Shown piece after piece: positions 17,136 through 26,450 of a stretch of DNA of 64,000 bases. The notes beneath the pieces are model-generated. The model was not told where the DNA came from. It did not search any database and saw only the letters and a program-made list of their open reading frames with translations. The position numbers were made by a program, and so were the translations under genes. This DNA comes from Oscillospiraceae bacterium. Its GTDB lineage: Bacteria > Bacillota > Clostridia > Oscillospirales > Oscillospiraceae. The stretch covers positions 464-64,463 of the forward strand of contig JAAWUC010000002.1 of the NCBI GenBank assembly GCA_022804995.1. The letters run 5' to 3'. Position 1 is the stretch's first letter. Each line of letters starts with the position of its first letter.

Positions 17136-17216
17136 CCGGCCCAGCAGATCGGCTCGCCGCGCGGATGCAATTCTCCGCGCGGCGGCCCCCAAAACAACAA
17201 GAAAAGGCGGTGTGCA

Positions 17217-18743
17217 ATGACAGAAACGACAAAAATCGAAATGCGGGACATCTGCGTGGAGTTCCCCGGCGTCAAGGCGCTCCAGGACGTGGACTTCACC
17301 ATTGAGAGCGGCCACGTAACGGCTCTGGTGGGGGCCAACGGCGCGGGCAAGTCCACGCTGATGAAGGTCCTCTCCGGCGTCTATTCCCACTACACAGGGC
17401 AGATCCGGGTCAACGGTCAGGATGTGGAGCTCCGCAACCCCAACGCCGCGAAGGATCTGGGGGTGGAGACGGTCTACCAGGAGGTGGACACAGCCCTGGT
17501 TTCCACGCTGACTGTGGCGGAAAACATTATGATGGACTATCTGGTCCGCGGCATCGGCAAAAAACAGTTTATTAACAGGAAGCATATCCGGCAGACCTCC
17601 CAGGAGATTTTGAAGCAGCTGGGAATTGAGATCCCCATCAACCAGATCATCGCCAAGCTGAGCATGGCCCAGAAGCAGATGGTAGTTATCGCCCGGGCGG
17701 TGCTGCGCAGGTGCAAATTCCTCATTCTGGACGAGCCCACGGCCCCTCTGAGCAGCGCGGAGACAGAAAAGCTTTTTGAAATTGTCCGCAAACTCCAGAG
17801 CGAGGGCGTCGGCGTCATCTTCATCTCCCATCGGCTCAATGAGCTCTTTGAGATCTGCGAAACCATGACGGTCCTCCGGGACGGCCGGATTATCGAAGCC
17901 AACAAGCCCCTGACCAAGGACCTCACCACCAACGCCATTGTGGAACTGATGCTGGGCCGTGCCTTCAACGAGGCCTTGGACCGCAGCGGTCGGACCATTG
18001 GCGAGGTGATTCTCCGGGCCGACGGGCTCACCGAGAAAACAGGGTTGGTGCAGGATATCCGCATGGAGGTCCGCGCCGGTGAAATCGTAGGCATCTCCGG
18101 CCTAGTGGGCGCCGGGAAGACCGAGCTCTGCAAAACGCTGTACGGGGCTATGGGCGAAGCGAACGGAACCCTGGAGATCAACGGCAGGCCCGTGAAGCTC
18201 AAGTCCCCCCTCCAGGCGGTGAAGGCCGGTCTGGCCCTGATCCCGGAGGAGCGGCGCAAGGAGGGCATTATCATTGGGGAATCGGTGGCCAATAACCTGT
18301 CCATGGCCACCATCGACAAGTATACCCGGCTCTTTTCCTTCGTGGACCGGAAGCAGGAGGTCGAAGCCGCCAAAAAGAAGATCGCAGACGTGAAGATCAA
18401 GACGCCCACACCTTATCAGAGCATCGAGTACCTGTCCGGCGGCAACCAGCAGAAGGTGACCATCGGCAAATGGCTGGACTCCGACGCCAGCGTGTACATT
18501 TTTGATGAACCCACCAAGGGCATCGACGTGGGCGCAAAGCAGGACGTCTACAAATTGATCATAGAGCTGGCCAGAAACGGAAAGGCCGTCATCTACTCAA
18601 GCAGTGAGCAGAGCGAGATATTACAGCTGACGGACCGGGTCTATGTGATGTACGGCGGCAAAATTCAAAAAGAATTTAAAACCGCCGACGTGACAGAGGA
18701 ACAGCTGCTGCTGTATTCAACAGGAGGGGAGCTTGTCAAATGA
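17217..18743 (+). CDS. sugar ABC transporter ATP-binding protein (duplicated ABC cassette, RbsA/MglA-like)
   Basis: Two Walker A motifs (GANGAGKST, GLVGAGKTEL), signature motifs (LSMAQKQ, LSGGNQQK) and Walker B motifs (ILDEPT, IFDEPT). Confidence 0.9.
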   Translation: MTETTKIEMRDICVEFPGVKALQDVDFTIESGHVTALVGANGAGKSTLMKVLSGVYSHYTGQIRVNGQDVELRNPNAAKDLGVETVYQEVDTALVSTLTVAENIMMDYLVRGIGKKQFINRKHIRQTSQEILKQLGIEIPINQIIAKLSMAQKQMVVIARAVLRRCKFLILDEPTAPLSSAETEKLFEIVRKLQSEGVGVIFISHRLNELFEICETMTVLRDGRIIEANKPLTKDLTTNAIVELMLGRAFNEALDRSGRTIGEVILRADGLTEKTGLVQDIRMEVRAGEIVGISGLVGAGKTELCKTLYGAMGEANGTLEINGRPVKLKSPLQAVKAGLALIPEERRKEGIIIGESVANNLSMATIDKYTRLFSFVDRKQEVEAAKKKIADVKIKTPTPYQSIEYLSGGNQQKVTIGKWLDSDASVYIFDEPTKGIDVGAKQDVYKLIIELARNGKAVIYSSSEQSEILQLTDRVYVMYGGKIQKEFKTADVTEEQLLLYSTGGELVK

Positions 18744-19732
18744 ATCAACTGTTATCGAAAACCAACCGCAGGAAATTGTCCCATTTCCTGTCCGCCTGGG
18801 GCGCGGTTATCTCCATGATTGTGGCCTTCGTCATCTTTTCCATTCTTCAGCCCTCATTTTTCTTCACCTTAAATAATGTAGAGAATATCCTGCGGGCGGC
18901 GTCCATCACGGTAGTTATCGCCATGGGCACCACCTTCGCCTTCTCCTGCAATGTGTTCGACCTCTCTGTGGGGGCTCTGGCCACTCTGGGCGCGGCCTTT
19001 TCCCTGACGTTTATGGTCTGGTACGGCATCCCCTTGCCGCTGGCCATTCTGCTGACGGTGGTCTGCTGCATGGCCTTCGGCGCCATCAACGCCATTCTGG
19101 TGCTCAAATTCAAGATCCCCGCGATTCTGACCACTCTGGCCATGCAGTTCATCATGTCCGGCCTGGCCTTGACCTACTCGGGCGGCAGTGTCATCAACCC
19201 AAACCGCCCCGGCGCCAACGGCCAAGAGATCGTCATGGAAGTGCCGGAGCTGTTCTGGAAGCTAGGCAAGGCGCCCTGGATTTATATTATCATGCTGGCC
19301 TCCGTGGCAGTGGTGGCCATTTTTCAAAACTACACCAAGCACGGCCGCTATCTGTACATGGTGGGCGCGAATCCCGAGGCGGCCAAGCTGGCCGGTATCA
19401 ATGTCACCGCCTACCGGACCCTCGCCTTCGTGGTCACAGGCGTTTTCGCTGCGCTGGGCGGTGTTCTGATTGTGGCCCGGGCCGGTACTGTGGCGGCCAA
19501 CGCCGGCGGATCCTACCTGATGCCCGCTATGGCGGCTGTCAACATCGGTATTGCCGTGGCCGGCGTGGGCAAGCCCAACGCCATCGGCACCCTCATTGGC
19601 GCGCTGCTCATCCAGGTGGTGGAAAACGGCCTGTTTATGCTGAGCGTGCCCTACTATTCTATTGATATTGCCAAGGGCCTGATTCTGATTCTGGCGCTGC
19701 TGCTGAGCAACTTGGGCGCCGAGGACAAGTAA
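18740..19732 (+). CDS. sugar ABC transporter permease (RbsC-like)
   Basis: 4 nt overlap with the ATPase gene. Polytopic membrane protein with about 9-10 TM helices. Confidence 0.9.
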   Translation: MNQLLSKTNRRKLSHFLSAWGAVISMIVAFVIFSILQPSFFFTLNNVENILRAASITVVIAMGTTFAFSCNVFDLSVGALATLGAAFSLTFMVWYGIPLPLAILLTVVCCMAFGAINAILVLKFKIPAILTTLAMQFIMSGLALTYSGGSVINPNRPGANGQEIVMEVPELFWKLGKAPWIYIIMLASVAVVAIFQNYTKHGRYLYMVGANPEAAKLAGINVTAYRTLAFVVTGVFAALGGVLIVARAGTVAANAGGSYLMPAMAAVNIGIAVAGVGKPNAIGTLIGALLIQVVENGLFMLSVPYYSIDIAKGLILILALLLSNLGAEDK

Positions 19733-19769
19733 CCTGGGCCCAATAGACGAAAAACAGAGGTGTGATCGT

Positions 19770-21179
19770 ATGAAAAATAAATTTGGAATTATCGTCTCCA
19801 CCCGGAGCTTTTTCCCCTCCCACCTGGTCAAGACCGCCCGGGAGGACATTGCCAGAGTAATGGCGGAGATGGGCTATGAGTATGTCATGGTGGGCGAGAA
19901 CGACACCAGGCACGGCGCGGTGCTCACCTTCGACGAGGCCAAGGTCTGCGCGGAGCTGTTCAAGAAGCACCGGGAGGAGATTGGCGGCATCGTGGTTGTG
20001 ATGCCCAACTTCTGCGAAGAATTGGGGATCACCGAGGCCATTGAGCTGGCCGGCCTGAACGTGCCAGTTCTCATCCAGGCCTGCGACGACGACTTCAACA
20101 AGCTGGATATGGCCAACCGCCGGGACGCCTTCTGCGGGAAAATCTCCCTGTGCAACAACCTCTACCAGCGGAATATCCCCTATACCCTGACCCAGCTCCA
20201 CACCTGCCCCATTGATTCCACGGAGTTCCGGGCCGATCTGAAGCGGTTTGCCGGCGTGTGCGCGGTGGTCAACGGCCTGAAAGGGGCCCGGATCGCTATG
20301 CTGGGGGCCCGGCCCATCGCCTTCAACACCGTCCGCTTTTCGGAGAAGATCCTCCAGAAACACGGCGTATCTGTCCAGACGGTGGACTTCTCCGAGCTGA
20401 TCTTCAACGCCATGAACTACAAGGACGAGAAGAAGGTAGCGGAGAAGATCGCGGAGATCCGCGCCTACGGCAGTGTGCCGGAGTGGATCTCCCCCGAGGT
20501 CATGGAGAAACAGGCCAAGCTGTGTCTGGCCATCAGCGAGAAAGTGGACGAGCTTCAGTGCGGCGCTTCCACCGTCCAGTGCTGGGACAGCGTAGAGAAC
20601 AACTACGGCTGCGCCACCTGTCTGGCCATGAGCATGATGGGTGAGAGCGGCAAGCCTTCCGCCTGCGAGAGCGACGTCACCGGTGCGCTGTCCATGCTGG
20701 CGGCCCATCTGGCCTCCGGCGGAGCCACGGCCCTGATGGACTGGAACAACAACCTGCGGGAGGACCGGAACGCCTGCATCTCTCTCCACTGCTCCAACTT
20801 CCCCAAGAGCTTTTTCGCCAGCGACGTGGAGATCGAGTGCCTGGACGTGCTGGGCTCCACCCTGGGCAAGGCCAACTGCTTCGGCGCCTGCAAGGGGCAG
20901 GTAGCCGCCGGCGACATGACCTTCCTGCGCTTCACCACTGACGACCAGCGGGGCGTCCTGAAGGCATATGTGGGCGAGGGCGAGTTCCGCGCCGAGGCGC
21001 TGCCCACCAAGGGCGGCCTGGCCAACTGCTATATTGAGAATCTCCAGGGACTGATGCGCTATATCTGCGAGAACGGCTACGAGCACCATGTGTGTTTTGT
21101 CCGGGGACACGTGGCGGATATCCTGGAGGAGGCCTTGACCAAGTACATGGGCGTCCAAGTCTACCGCCACAGGGGGTAA
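19770..21179 (+). CDS. L-fucose/L-arabinose isomerase family protein (short, ~470 aa form)
   Basis: MKNKFGIIVSTRSFFPSHL...VVVMPNFCEE...RRDAFCGKISLCNNL is typical of COG2407-type fucose-isomerase-like proteins. Confidence 0.8.
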   Translation: MKNKFGIIVSTRSFFPSHLVKTAREDIARVMAEMGYEYVMVGENDTRHGAVLTFDEAKVCAELFKKHREEIGGIVVVMPNFCEELGITEAIELAGLNVPVLIQACDDDFNKLDMANRRDAFCGKISLCNNLYQRNIPYTLTQLHTCPIDSTEFRADLKRFAGVCAVVNGLKGARIAMLGARPIAFNTVRFSEKILQKHGVSVQTVDFSELIFNAMNYKDEKKVAEKIAEIRAYGSVPEWISPEVMEKQAKLCLAISEKVDELQCGASTVQCWDSVENNYGCATCLAMSMMGESGKPSACESDVTGALSMLAAHLASGGATALMDWNNNLREDRNACISLHCSNFPKSFFASDVEIECLDVLGSTLGKANCFGACKGQVAAGDMTFLRFTTDDQRGVLKAYVGEGEFRAEALPTKGGLANCYIENLQGLMRYICENGYEHHVCFVRGHVADILEEALTKYMGVQVYRHRG

Positions 21180-21184
21180 GAGCT

Positions 21185-21625
21185 ATGCTGAGAGGAATTC
21201 CCCCCGAGCTGTCTCCCCAGCTGCTAGAGACTCTGGCCGAGATGGGCCACGGCGACACCATCACTATCGGCGACGCCTACTTCGCCGCCGCCTCCATGGC
21301 CAAAAACAGCCGGCTTCTCCGGGCGGACGGTATGTCCGCACAGAGGATGGCGGACGCCATCCTCCAGCTGATGCCCCTGGACAACATGGCTGCATCCTCT
21401 GTAACCGTCATGGGCATTGAGGATGGGAAGGGCGGTCTGGCGCTGCTGGATATGTCTGAGAAGCTGCTGGAAACCGTCCGCCGCCACGATGAGAAAGCGG
21501 CAGAGACCAGCGAGATTGTGGACCGCCTCACCTTCTACGAGCGAGCCGAGCAGTCCTTCGCAGTTCTCGCTACCGGGGAGCCTGAGCACTACGGCTGTAT
21601 CATTTTACAGAAGGGCGTCCGGTGA
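21185..21625 (+). CDS. fucU: RbsD/FucU family mutarotase (L-fucose mutarotase-like)
   Basis: Start moved to the ATG at 21185. MLRGIPPELSPQLLETLAEMGHGDTITIGDAYF...RLTFYERAEQSFAVLATGE..YGCIILQKGV aligns along its whole length with E. coli FucU as I recall it. Confidence 0.85.
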   Translation: MLRGIPPELSPQLLETLAEMGHGDTITIGDAYFAAASMAKNSRLLRADGMSAQRMADAILQLMPLDNMAASSVTVMGIEDGKGGLALLDMSEKLLETVRRHDEKAAETSEIVDRLTFYERAEQSFAVLATGEPEHYGCIILQKGVR

Positions 21626-21650
21626 GGGCCCCTTCTTGAAGGAGGAAACC

Positions 21651-22484
21651 ATGAATCCTGATTTGAAGATCAAGGCATATGATCTGCGCAAAAACATTCT
21701 GGATATTGTCATAGCCGGAAGGTGCGGGCATATCGGCGGCGACATGAGCGTGCTGGAGGTTCTGATGACCCTGTACGACCGGATGAATGTGTCCCCGGAC
21801 CGCCTGGAGGACCCGGACCGGGACCGTTTTGTCCTCAGCAAGGGCCACTGTGTGGAAGCGCTCTACGCAGTTCTGGCGGAGAAGGGGTTCCTGTCCCTGC
21901 CGGATATCCTAGAGCGATACTCCAAATTTGGATCCCCCTACATCGGCCACCCCAACAACAAGCTCCCCGGCATTGAGATGAACTCCGGCTCCCTGGGCCA
22001 CGGCCTGGGGGTATCGGTGGGCATGGCCCTGGCCGGGAAGATGGACGGCAGGCCCTACCGCGTCTATACCGCTATGGGCGACGGCGAGCTGGCGGAGGGC
22101 TCCGTCTGGGAGGCCGCGATGGCCGCGTCCCACTTCCACCTGGACAATCTGTGCGCGGTGGTGGACCGGAACCGCCTCCAAATCTCCGGCCCCACAGAAG
22201 AGGTAATGGCCCATGAGGATCTGGCCGCCCGGTTTGCCAGCTTTGGCTGGCATGTCATCCGTGTCTCAGACGGCAATGATGTGGAGCAGCTGAATGCCGC
22301 CTTCGACGAGGCGGAGACCGTCAAGGAAAAGCCCACAGTGATTATCGCTAACACGGTGAAGGGCTGTGGATCCGCCGTGATGGAGGACAAGGCCGCCTGG
22401 CACCACAAGGTGCCGACACAGGAGGAGTACGATCAGATCGTCCAAGATTTTGCCGCCAGAAAGGAGGCCCTGCGCTGTGAATAA
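21651..22484 (+). CDS. transketolase, N-terminal (ThDP pyrophosphate-binding) subunit
   Basis: Start at 21651 with RBS GAAGGAGGA. Motifs GHIGGDMSVLEVL, SKGH, GSLGHGLG and GDGELAEGSVWEA. Confidence 0.9.
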   Translation: MNPDLKIKAYDLRKNILDIVIAGRCGHIGGDMSVLEVLMTLYDRMNVSPDRLEDPDRDRFVLSKGHCVEALYAVLAEKGFLSLPDILERYSKFGSPYIGHPNNKLPGIEMNSGSLGHGLGVSVGMALAGKMDGRPYRVYTAMGDGELAEGSVWEAAMAASHFHLDNLCAVVDRNRLQISGPTEEVMAHEDLAARFASFGWHVIRVSDGNDVEQLNAAFDEAETVKEKPTVIIANTVKGCGSAVMEDKAAWHHKVPTQEEYDQIVQDFAARKEALRCE

Positions 22485-23412
22485 GATCGCAAACCGCGCT
22501 GTAATGTGCGAGGTCCTGATGGAGCGGGCCAAGCGGGACCCGGACCTGGTGGTCCTGTGCAGCGACTCCCGGGGCAGCGCCTCTCTAGCTCCCTTCGCTC
22601 AGGCGTACCCCAAGCAGTTTGTGGAGGTGGGCATCGCGGAGCAGGATCTGGTGAGCATCGCCGCCGGCCTGGCCGTCTGCGGGAAGAAAGCCTACGCCGT
22701 CTCCCCTGCCAGCTTCCTGTCCACCCGAAGCTATGAGCAGGCCAAGGTGGACTGCGCATACTCCCGCGCCAATGTGAAGCTCATCGGTATTTCCGGCGGC
22801 GTCAGCTACGGGGCTTTGGGCATGACCCATCACTCCGCCCAGGATATCGCCGCTATGGCGGCTATCCCCGGGATGCGGGTCTACCTGCCCAGCGACCGCC
22901 GCCAGACAAAGCGGCTCTTTGAGAGCCTTCTGGAGGATTCACAGACCGCCTATGTCCGCCTGGGCCGCAACCCGGTGGAGGATCTCTACGAGGAGGGAAG
23001 CGTCCCCTTCGAGATGGACCGGGCCGTATGGGTCCGGCGGGGGAGGGACGTAGCCATCATTGCCTGCGGCGAGATGGTCAAGCCTGCGGTGGACGCCGCG
23101 GACGCTCTGACCAAGGAGGGTATCTCCGCAGCGGTCCTGGATATGTACTGCGTCAAGCCTTTGGATACCCAGGCGGTGCTGGAGGCGGCACAGAGCTCCA
23201 AGCTGGTGGTCACTGTGGAGGAGCACGCCCCCTGGGGCGGTCTGGGCCCCATGGTCGACCGGGTCGTCTCCGAGAACTGTCCTAGGCGGGTAATCAATCT
23301 TGCTCTGCCGGATGAACCAGTGATTACAGGCGAGTCCAAAGAGGTCTTCGCTCATTACGGCCTGGACGCCACCGGTATTTCCAAGACCGTGGCGGATGCG
23401 CTCCGGGGGTGA
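22477..23412 (+). CDS. transketolase, C-terminal (pyrimidine-binding) subunit
   Basis: The GTG at 22477 lies 9 nt after AAGGAGG and overlaps the upstream stop. Motif FVEVGIAEQDLVSIAAGLA. Confidence 0.9.
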   Translation: MNKIANRAVMCEVLMERAKRDPDLVVLCSDSRGSASLAPFAQAYPKQFVEVGIAEQDLVSIAAGLAVCGKKAYAVSPASFLSTRSYEQAKVDCAYSRANVKLIGISGGVSYGALGMTHHSAQDIAAMAAIPGMRVYLPSDRRQTKRLFESLLEDSQTAYVRLGRNPVEDLYEEGSVPFEMDRAVWVRRGRDVAIIACGEMVKPAVDAADALTKEGISAAVLDMYCVKPLDTQAVLEAAQSSKLVVTVEEHAPWGGLGPMVDRVVSENCPRRVINLALPDEPVITGESKEVFAHYGLDATGISKTVADALRG

Positions 23413-23416
23413 AGGG

Positions 23417-24904
23417 GTGGCTGCGTATATTCTCTCCGTGGATCAGAGCACCCAGGGCACCAAGGCGCTGATCTTCGACCAGAAGGGCGCCATTCTGGCG
23501 CGGGCGGACGTGCCCCACCGGCAGATCATCGACAGTGCCGGCTGGGTGGAGCACGATCTGGAGGAGATTCTGCAAAATACTATTGAGGCGTCCAGACAGG
23601 CAGCGGCCAAGGCCGGCGTAGACCCGGCGGATATCGCCTGCATGGGCATCAGCAACCAGCGGGAAACCTGCGCCGCCTGGGACCGGGAAACCGGAGCCCC
23701 GGTTCACAACGCCATCGTCTGGCAGTGCGGCCGGGCAAAGGACATCTGCGGAGAGCTGGAGCGGGCCGGCTGGGGCCCGGCGGTAAAAGAGCGCACCGGG
23801 ATCAATCTCTCCCCCTACTTCTCCGCCTCCAAGCTGGCGTGGCTTCTGCGGAATGTGCGGGAGGCGCCGGAGCTGTCCCGGACAGGAAAGCTTTGCTGCG
23901 GGACCATTGACAGCTGGCTGGTATTCCGCCTGACCCGGGAGCGGACCTTCAAGACGGACTACTCCAACGCCTCCCGGACCCAGCTTTTCAATCTCCAGAG
24001 ACTGAAGTGGGATGAGGAGATCTGCGGTGCGTTCGGCATCAATCCGGCCTGCCTGCCGGAGGTCTGCTTCTCCGACAGCTGCTTTGGCTCAACGGATTTG
24101 GGCGGTTTCCTGCCCAGGCCGGTTCCCATCCACGGCGTTCTGGGGGACTCCCACGCGGCCCTCTTCGGCCAGGGCTGCCACCGGCCGGGAATGGTAAAGG
24201 CTACTTATGGGACCGGCTCCTCGGTGATGATGAACATCGGGAAAAAACCGATCCTGACCAAATCCCTGGCAACCTCTATCGCCTGGGGGATGGGGAATAC
24301 AGTGGAATACGTGGCGGAGGGCAATATTAACTACGCCGGAGCAATCGTCACCTGGCTGAAGGACGATATGGGCCTGATCAGCTCCTCGAAGGAGGTCGGG
24401 AAACTGGCCGCTGAGGCCAACCCGGAGGACACCACTTGTCTGGTTCCCGCCTTCAGTGGCCTGGGAGCCCCCTACTGGAGCGGAAATGCCAAGGCCATGA
24501 TCTGTGGAATGACCCGGCTGACCGGGAAGCGGGAGCTGGCCAAAGCGGCGGAGGAGGCTATCGCCATGCAGGTGGCGGATATCCTCCAGCTGATGGAGGA
24601 GGCCGGTATTCATGTGGACGTCCTCAAGGCGGACGGCGGGGCCACGCGGGACGCCTACCTCATGCAGCTCCAAAGTGACATACTGGGAAAGCCGGTAGAT
24701 ATCTCTGACGCGGAGGAGCTCTCCGCCATCGGCGCGGCCTACTGCGCCGGAATTGCGGCGGGGGTTCTCTCTAAGAAAGATCTGTTTCCGGTGCGGAGCG
24801 CACTGTCCTATGCCCCAAAGATGGACGATATTGCACGGCAGAAAAAGTGCAGTCTATGGAAGGAAGCAGTCCGGCTGACACTGCATCAGGCAGAGCAGAA
24901 ATAA
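23417..24904 (+). CDS. FGGY-family carbohydrate kinase (glycerol-kinase-like)
   Basis: The GTG at 23417 gives the N-terminus VAAYILSVDQSTQGTKA. Motifs NQRETCAAWD, GTGSSVMMN and ADGGATRD. Confidence 0.85.
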   Translation: MAAYILSVDQSTQGTKALIFDQKGAILARADVPHRQIIDSAGWVEHDLEEILQNTIEASRQAAAKAGVDPADIACMGISNQRETCAAWDRETGAPVHNAIVWQCGRAKDICGELERAGWGPAVKERTGINLSPYFSASKLAWLLRNVREAPELSRTGKLCCGTIDSWLVFRLTRERTFKTDYSNASRTQLFNLQRLKWDEEICGAFGINPACLPEVCFSDSCFGSTDLGGFLPRPVPIHGVLGDSHAALFGQGCHRPGMVKATYGTGSSVMMNIGKKPILTKSLATSIAWGMGNTVEYVAEGNINYAGAIVTWLKDDMGLISSSKEVGKLAAEANPEDTTCLVPAFSGLGAPYWSGNAKAMICGMTRLTGKRELAKAAEEAIAMQVADILQLMEEAGIHVDVLKADGGATRDAYLMQLQSDILGKPVDISDAEELSAIGAAYCAGIAAGVLSKKDLFPVRSALSYAPKMDDIARQKKCSLWKEAVRLTLHQAEQK

Positions 24905-24979
24905 ACTTTATCCTGAGCAAAGTCTTTTATAGAAAAGCTGCTTACGGCCTGGAAGAATACATAGTTTGAGAATCCCAAA

Positions 24980-25022
24980 ATACCGCAGGAAGTACGGAGT
25001 GAAGCTTCCTGCGGTATTTTTC
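24980..25022 (+). terminator. intrinsic terminator of the sugar operon
   Basis: ATACCGCAGGAAG-N12-CTTCCTGCGGTAT followed by TTTTTC. Confidence 0.7.
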
Positions 25023-25046
25023 TTTGAAGCAGGACCTTCTTAATAG

Positions 25047-25250
25047 CGGCAAAAACCGTCACCGATACACAAACGATTTCATCTGCGGTGGATACACCTA
25101 CCCCAGCCTTTCTCTGGCAGCGCAGACCGGGTGGACATGCTTGACCAGGGCGCGGATACCTGTGTGGAGCTGTCTGTTGACCTGAGTGAGATCCTGGCAA
25201 TTCTCAATTCTGTGCTGCGCAGGGAAATCCAGCGGTCCAAAACCGGGTAA
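25047..25250 (+). pseudogene. orphan 3' fragment of a response-regulator receiver domain
   Basis: The frame ends ...SGSADRVDMLDQGADTCVELSVDLSEILAILNSVLRREIQRSKTG*. This resembles the alpha4-beta5-alpha5 end of a REC domain (GADDY..KP...EL.ARI.AVLRR). There is no N-terminal phosphoacceptor part and no RBS or start. Confidence 0.3.
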
Positions 25251-25256
25251 AGCAGC

Positions 25257-25295
25257 AAAAAAATCCCTCAAAGCCTTGCGGCTCTAAGGGATTTT
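25257..25295 (-). terminator. terminator downstream of tRNA-Val
   Basis: On the minus strand, CCCTTAGAGCC-GCAA-GGCTTTGAGGG (GNRA loop) is followed by ATTTTTTT. Confidence 0.6.
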
Positions 25296-25297
25296 CC

Positions 25298-25374
25298 TGG
25301 TGGACGCTAACGGACTTGAACCGCTGACCCCCTGCACGTCAAGCAGGTGCTCTAGCCAGCTGAGCTAAGCGTCC
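25298..25374 (-). tRNA. tRNA-Val (anticodon GAC), CCA encoded
   Basis: Folded by hand from GGACGCTTAGCTCAGCTGGCTAGAGCACCTGCTTGACGTGCAGGGGGTCAGCGGTTCAAGTCCGTTAGCGTCCACCA. Acceptor stem GGACGCT/AGCGTCC, D arm GCTC/GAGC, anticodon stem CCTGC/GCAGG with loop TTGACGT, T arm AGCGG/CCGTT with a TTCAAGT loop. Confidence 0.95.
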
Positions 25375-25391
25375 ATATGCGGAACATTGAT

Positions 25392-25420
25392 ATGATACCT
25401 CATTCAAGCGGATTTGTCAA
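25392..25420 (-). promoter_or_regulatory. sigma-A promoter of tRNA-Val
   Basis: Minus strand TTGACA (25420-25415), 17 nt spacer, TATCAT (25397-25392), about 17 nt upstream of the tRNA 5' end. Confidence 0.65.
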
Positions 25421-25460
25421 CAGCTTTTCGGGAAATTTCTCAAGAAAATTTCAAAGCAAC

Positions 25461-25488
25461 AGCGGGCCGGCTTCCCAGCCGGCCCGCT
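25461..25488 (-). terminator. terminator after jag
   Basis: 12 bp perfect stem AGCGGGCCGGCT-N4-AGCCGGCCCGCT directly downstream of the jag stop, with T-rich sequence following on the minus strand. Confidence 0.7.
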
Positions 25489-25505
25489 TCTTCCTCCCAG
25501 GCATC

Positions 25506-26441
25506 CTACGCCTGCTCCTGATTCCGCTTTTCCCGGTCGTAGGCCACAATCACCCGCCGGTTGGGGTCCGTCCCCATGGAGTAGGTGGTGATGTTTTCCA
25601 CATTTTGCAAAGCGGTGTGGATTACATGGCGCTCGTAGGCGTTCATGGGCTCCAGCGGCACGCTTCTCTTGTAGCGGATCACCTTCCCCGCTACCTTCAG
25701 CGCCAGCTTCTGGAGGCTCTGTTCCCGCTTGAGGCGGTAGTTCTCCGCGTCCACATGGATCCGCACCCGCTTGTCCGCGCCCCGGTTGACGGCGTAGTTG
25801 GCCAGCTGCTGGATGGCGTCCAGGGTCTCCCCTCTCCGCCCGATGAGCTGCCCCATCTTCTCCCCCTCCAGAAAGACCTTGTACCGGCCCTTCTCCGGCT
25901 GATAGATGTTGATAACGGCAGTGCTGTTCATATGCTCCAGCAGTCCGGTCAGGAACGTCCGGATCTGTACCGCCTTCTCGTCATTGTCCCCGCAGGGCTC
26001 TCCCAAATCCACCGGCGGCGGCAGCGGAACATCCTCCGTCCGCTCCTCATCTCTCCGCTGCTCCGGCCTGGGACGGTTCTCCCCCGCCCTCCGGCGGCGG
26101 CGCTCCGGCCGCTCGGAGCGCTCCCGTCTCTCCGGCACAGGGGCGGAAGCCGCAGGGGCCTCCTCCCGAATCTCCCGAACCTCCGGAGCGGGCCGCTTCT
26201 CCGGCGCGCCTCTGCTGGGCTGAGCTGCCGGCGCACTCACCTCCCGCACCGGCTCCGGATCCTCCAGGCCGTAGGTCACCCGGACCTTGGCAGGACTGGC
26301 GCCGATGCCGAACAGGCCCTTCTTCGCTCTCTCCAAAATCTCAACGGACACATCATCCCGGTCGAGGCCCAGCTCCGCCAGCGCCTTGCTGACAGCCTCC
26401 TCCTCGGTCTTGCCCGTCATGTCAAGATACTTCATTGCCAT
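25506..26441 (-). CDS. jag: Jag/KhpB RNA-binding protein (Jag_N, KH, R3H) with expanded R/E/P-rich linker
   Basis: N-terminus MKYLDMTGKTEEEAVSKALAELG, C-terminal R3H LEPMNAYERHVIHTAL. It lies downstream of yidC. Confidence 0.85.
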   Translation of the reverse strand: MAMKYLDMTGKTEEEAVSKALAELGLDRDDVSVEILERAKKGLFGIGASPAKVRVTYGLEDPEPVREVSAPAAQPSRGAPEKRPAPEVREIREEAPAASAPVPERRERSERPERRRRRAGENRPRPEQRRDEERTEDVPLPPPVDLGEPCGDNDEKAVQIRTFLTGLLEHMNSTAVINIYQPEKGRYKVFLEGEKMGQLIGRRGETLDAIQQLANYAVNRGADKRVRIHVDAENYRLKREQSLQKLALKVAGKVIRYKRSVPLEPMNAYERHVIHTALQNVENITTYSMGTDPNRRVIVAYDREKRNQEQA

Positions 26442-26450
26442 ATCGGGTAT

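Noticed and set aside
25506-26441. The R/E/P-rich ~90-aa insertion in Jag, and the out-of-frame ORFs within it (25906-26223, 25949-26236), as a separate gene or repeat.
   Set aside because: It is in frame with the Jag_N and KH-R3H domains on either side. Low-complexity linkers are common in KhpB/Jag proteins, and the overlapping ORFs are compositional artefacts.
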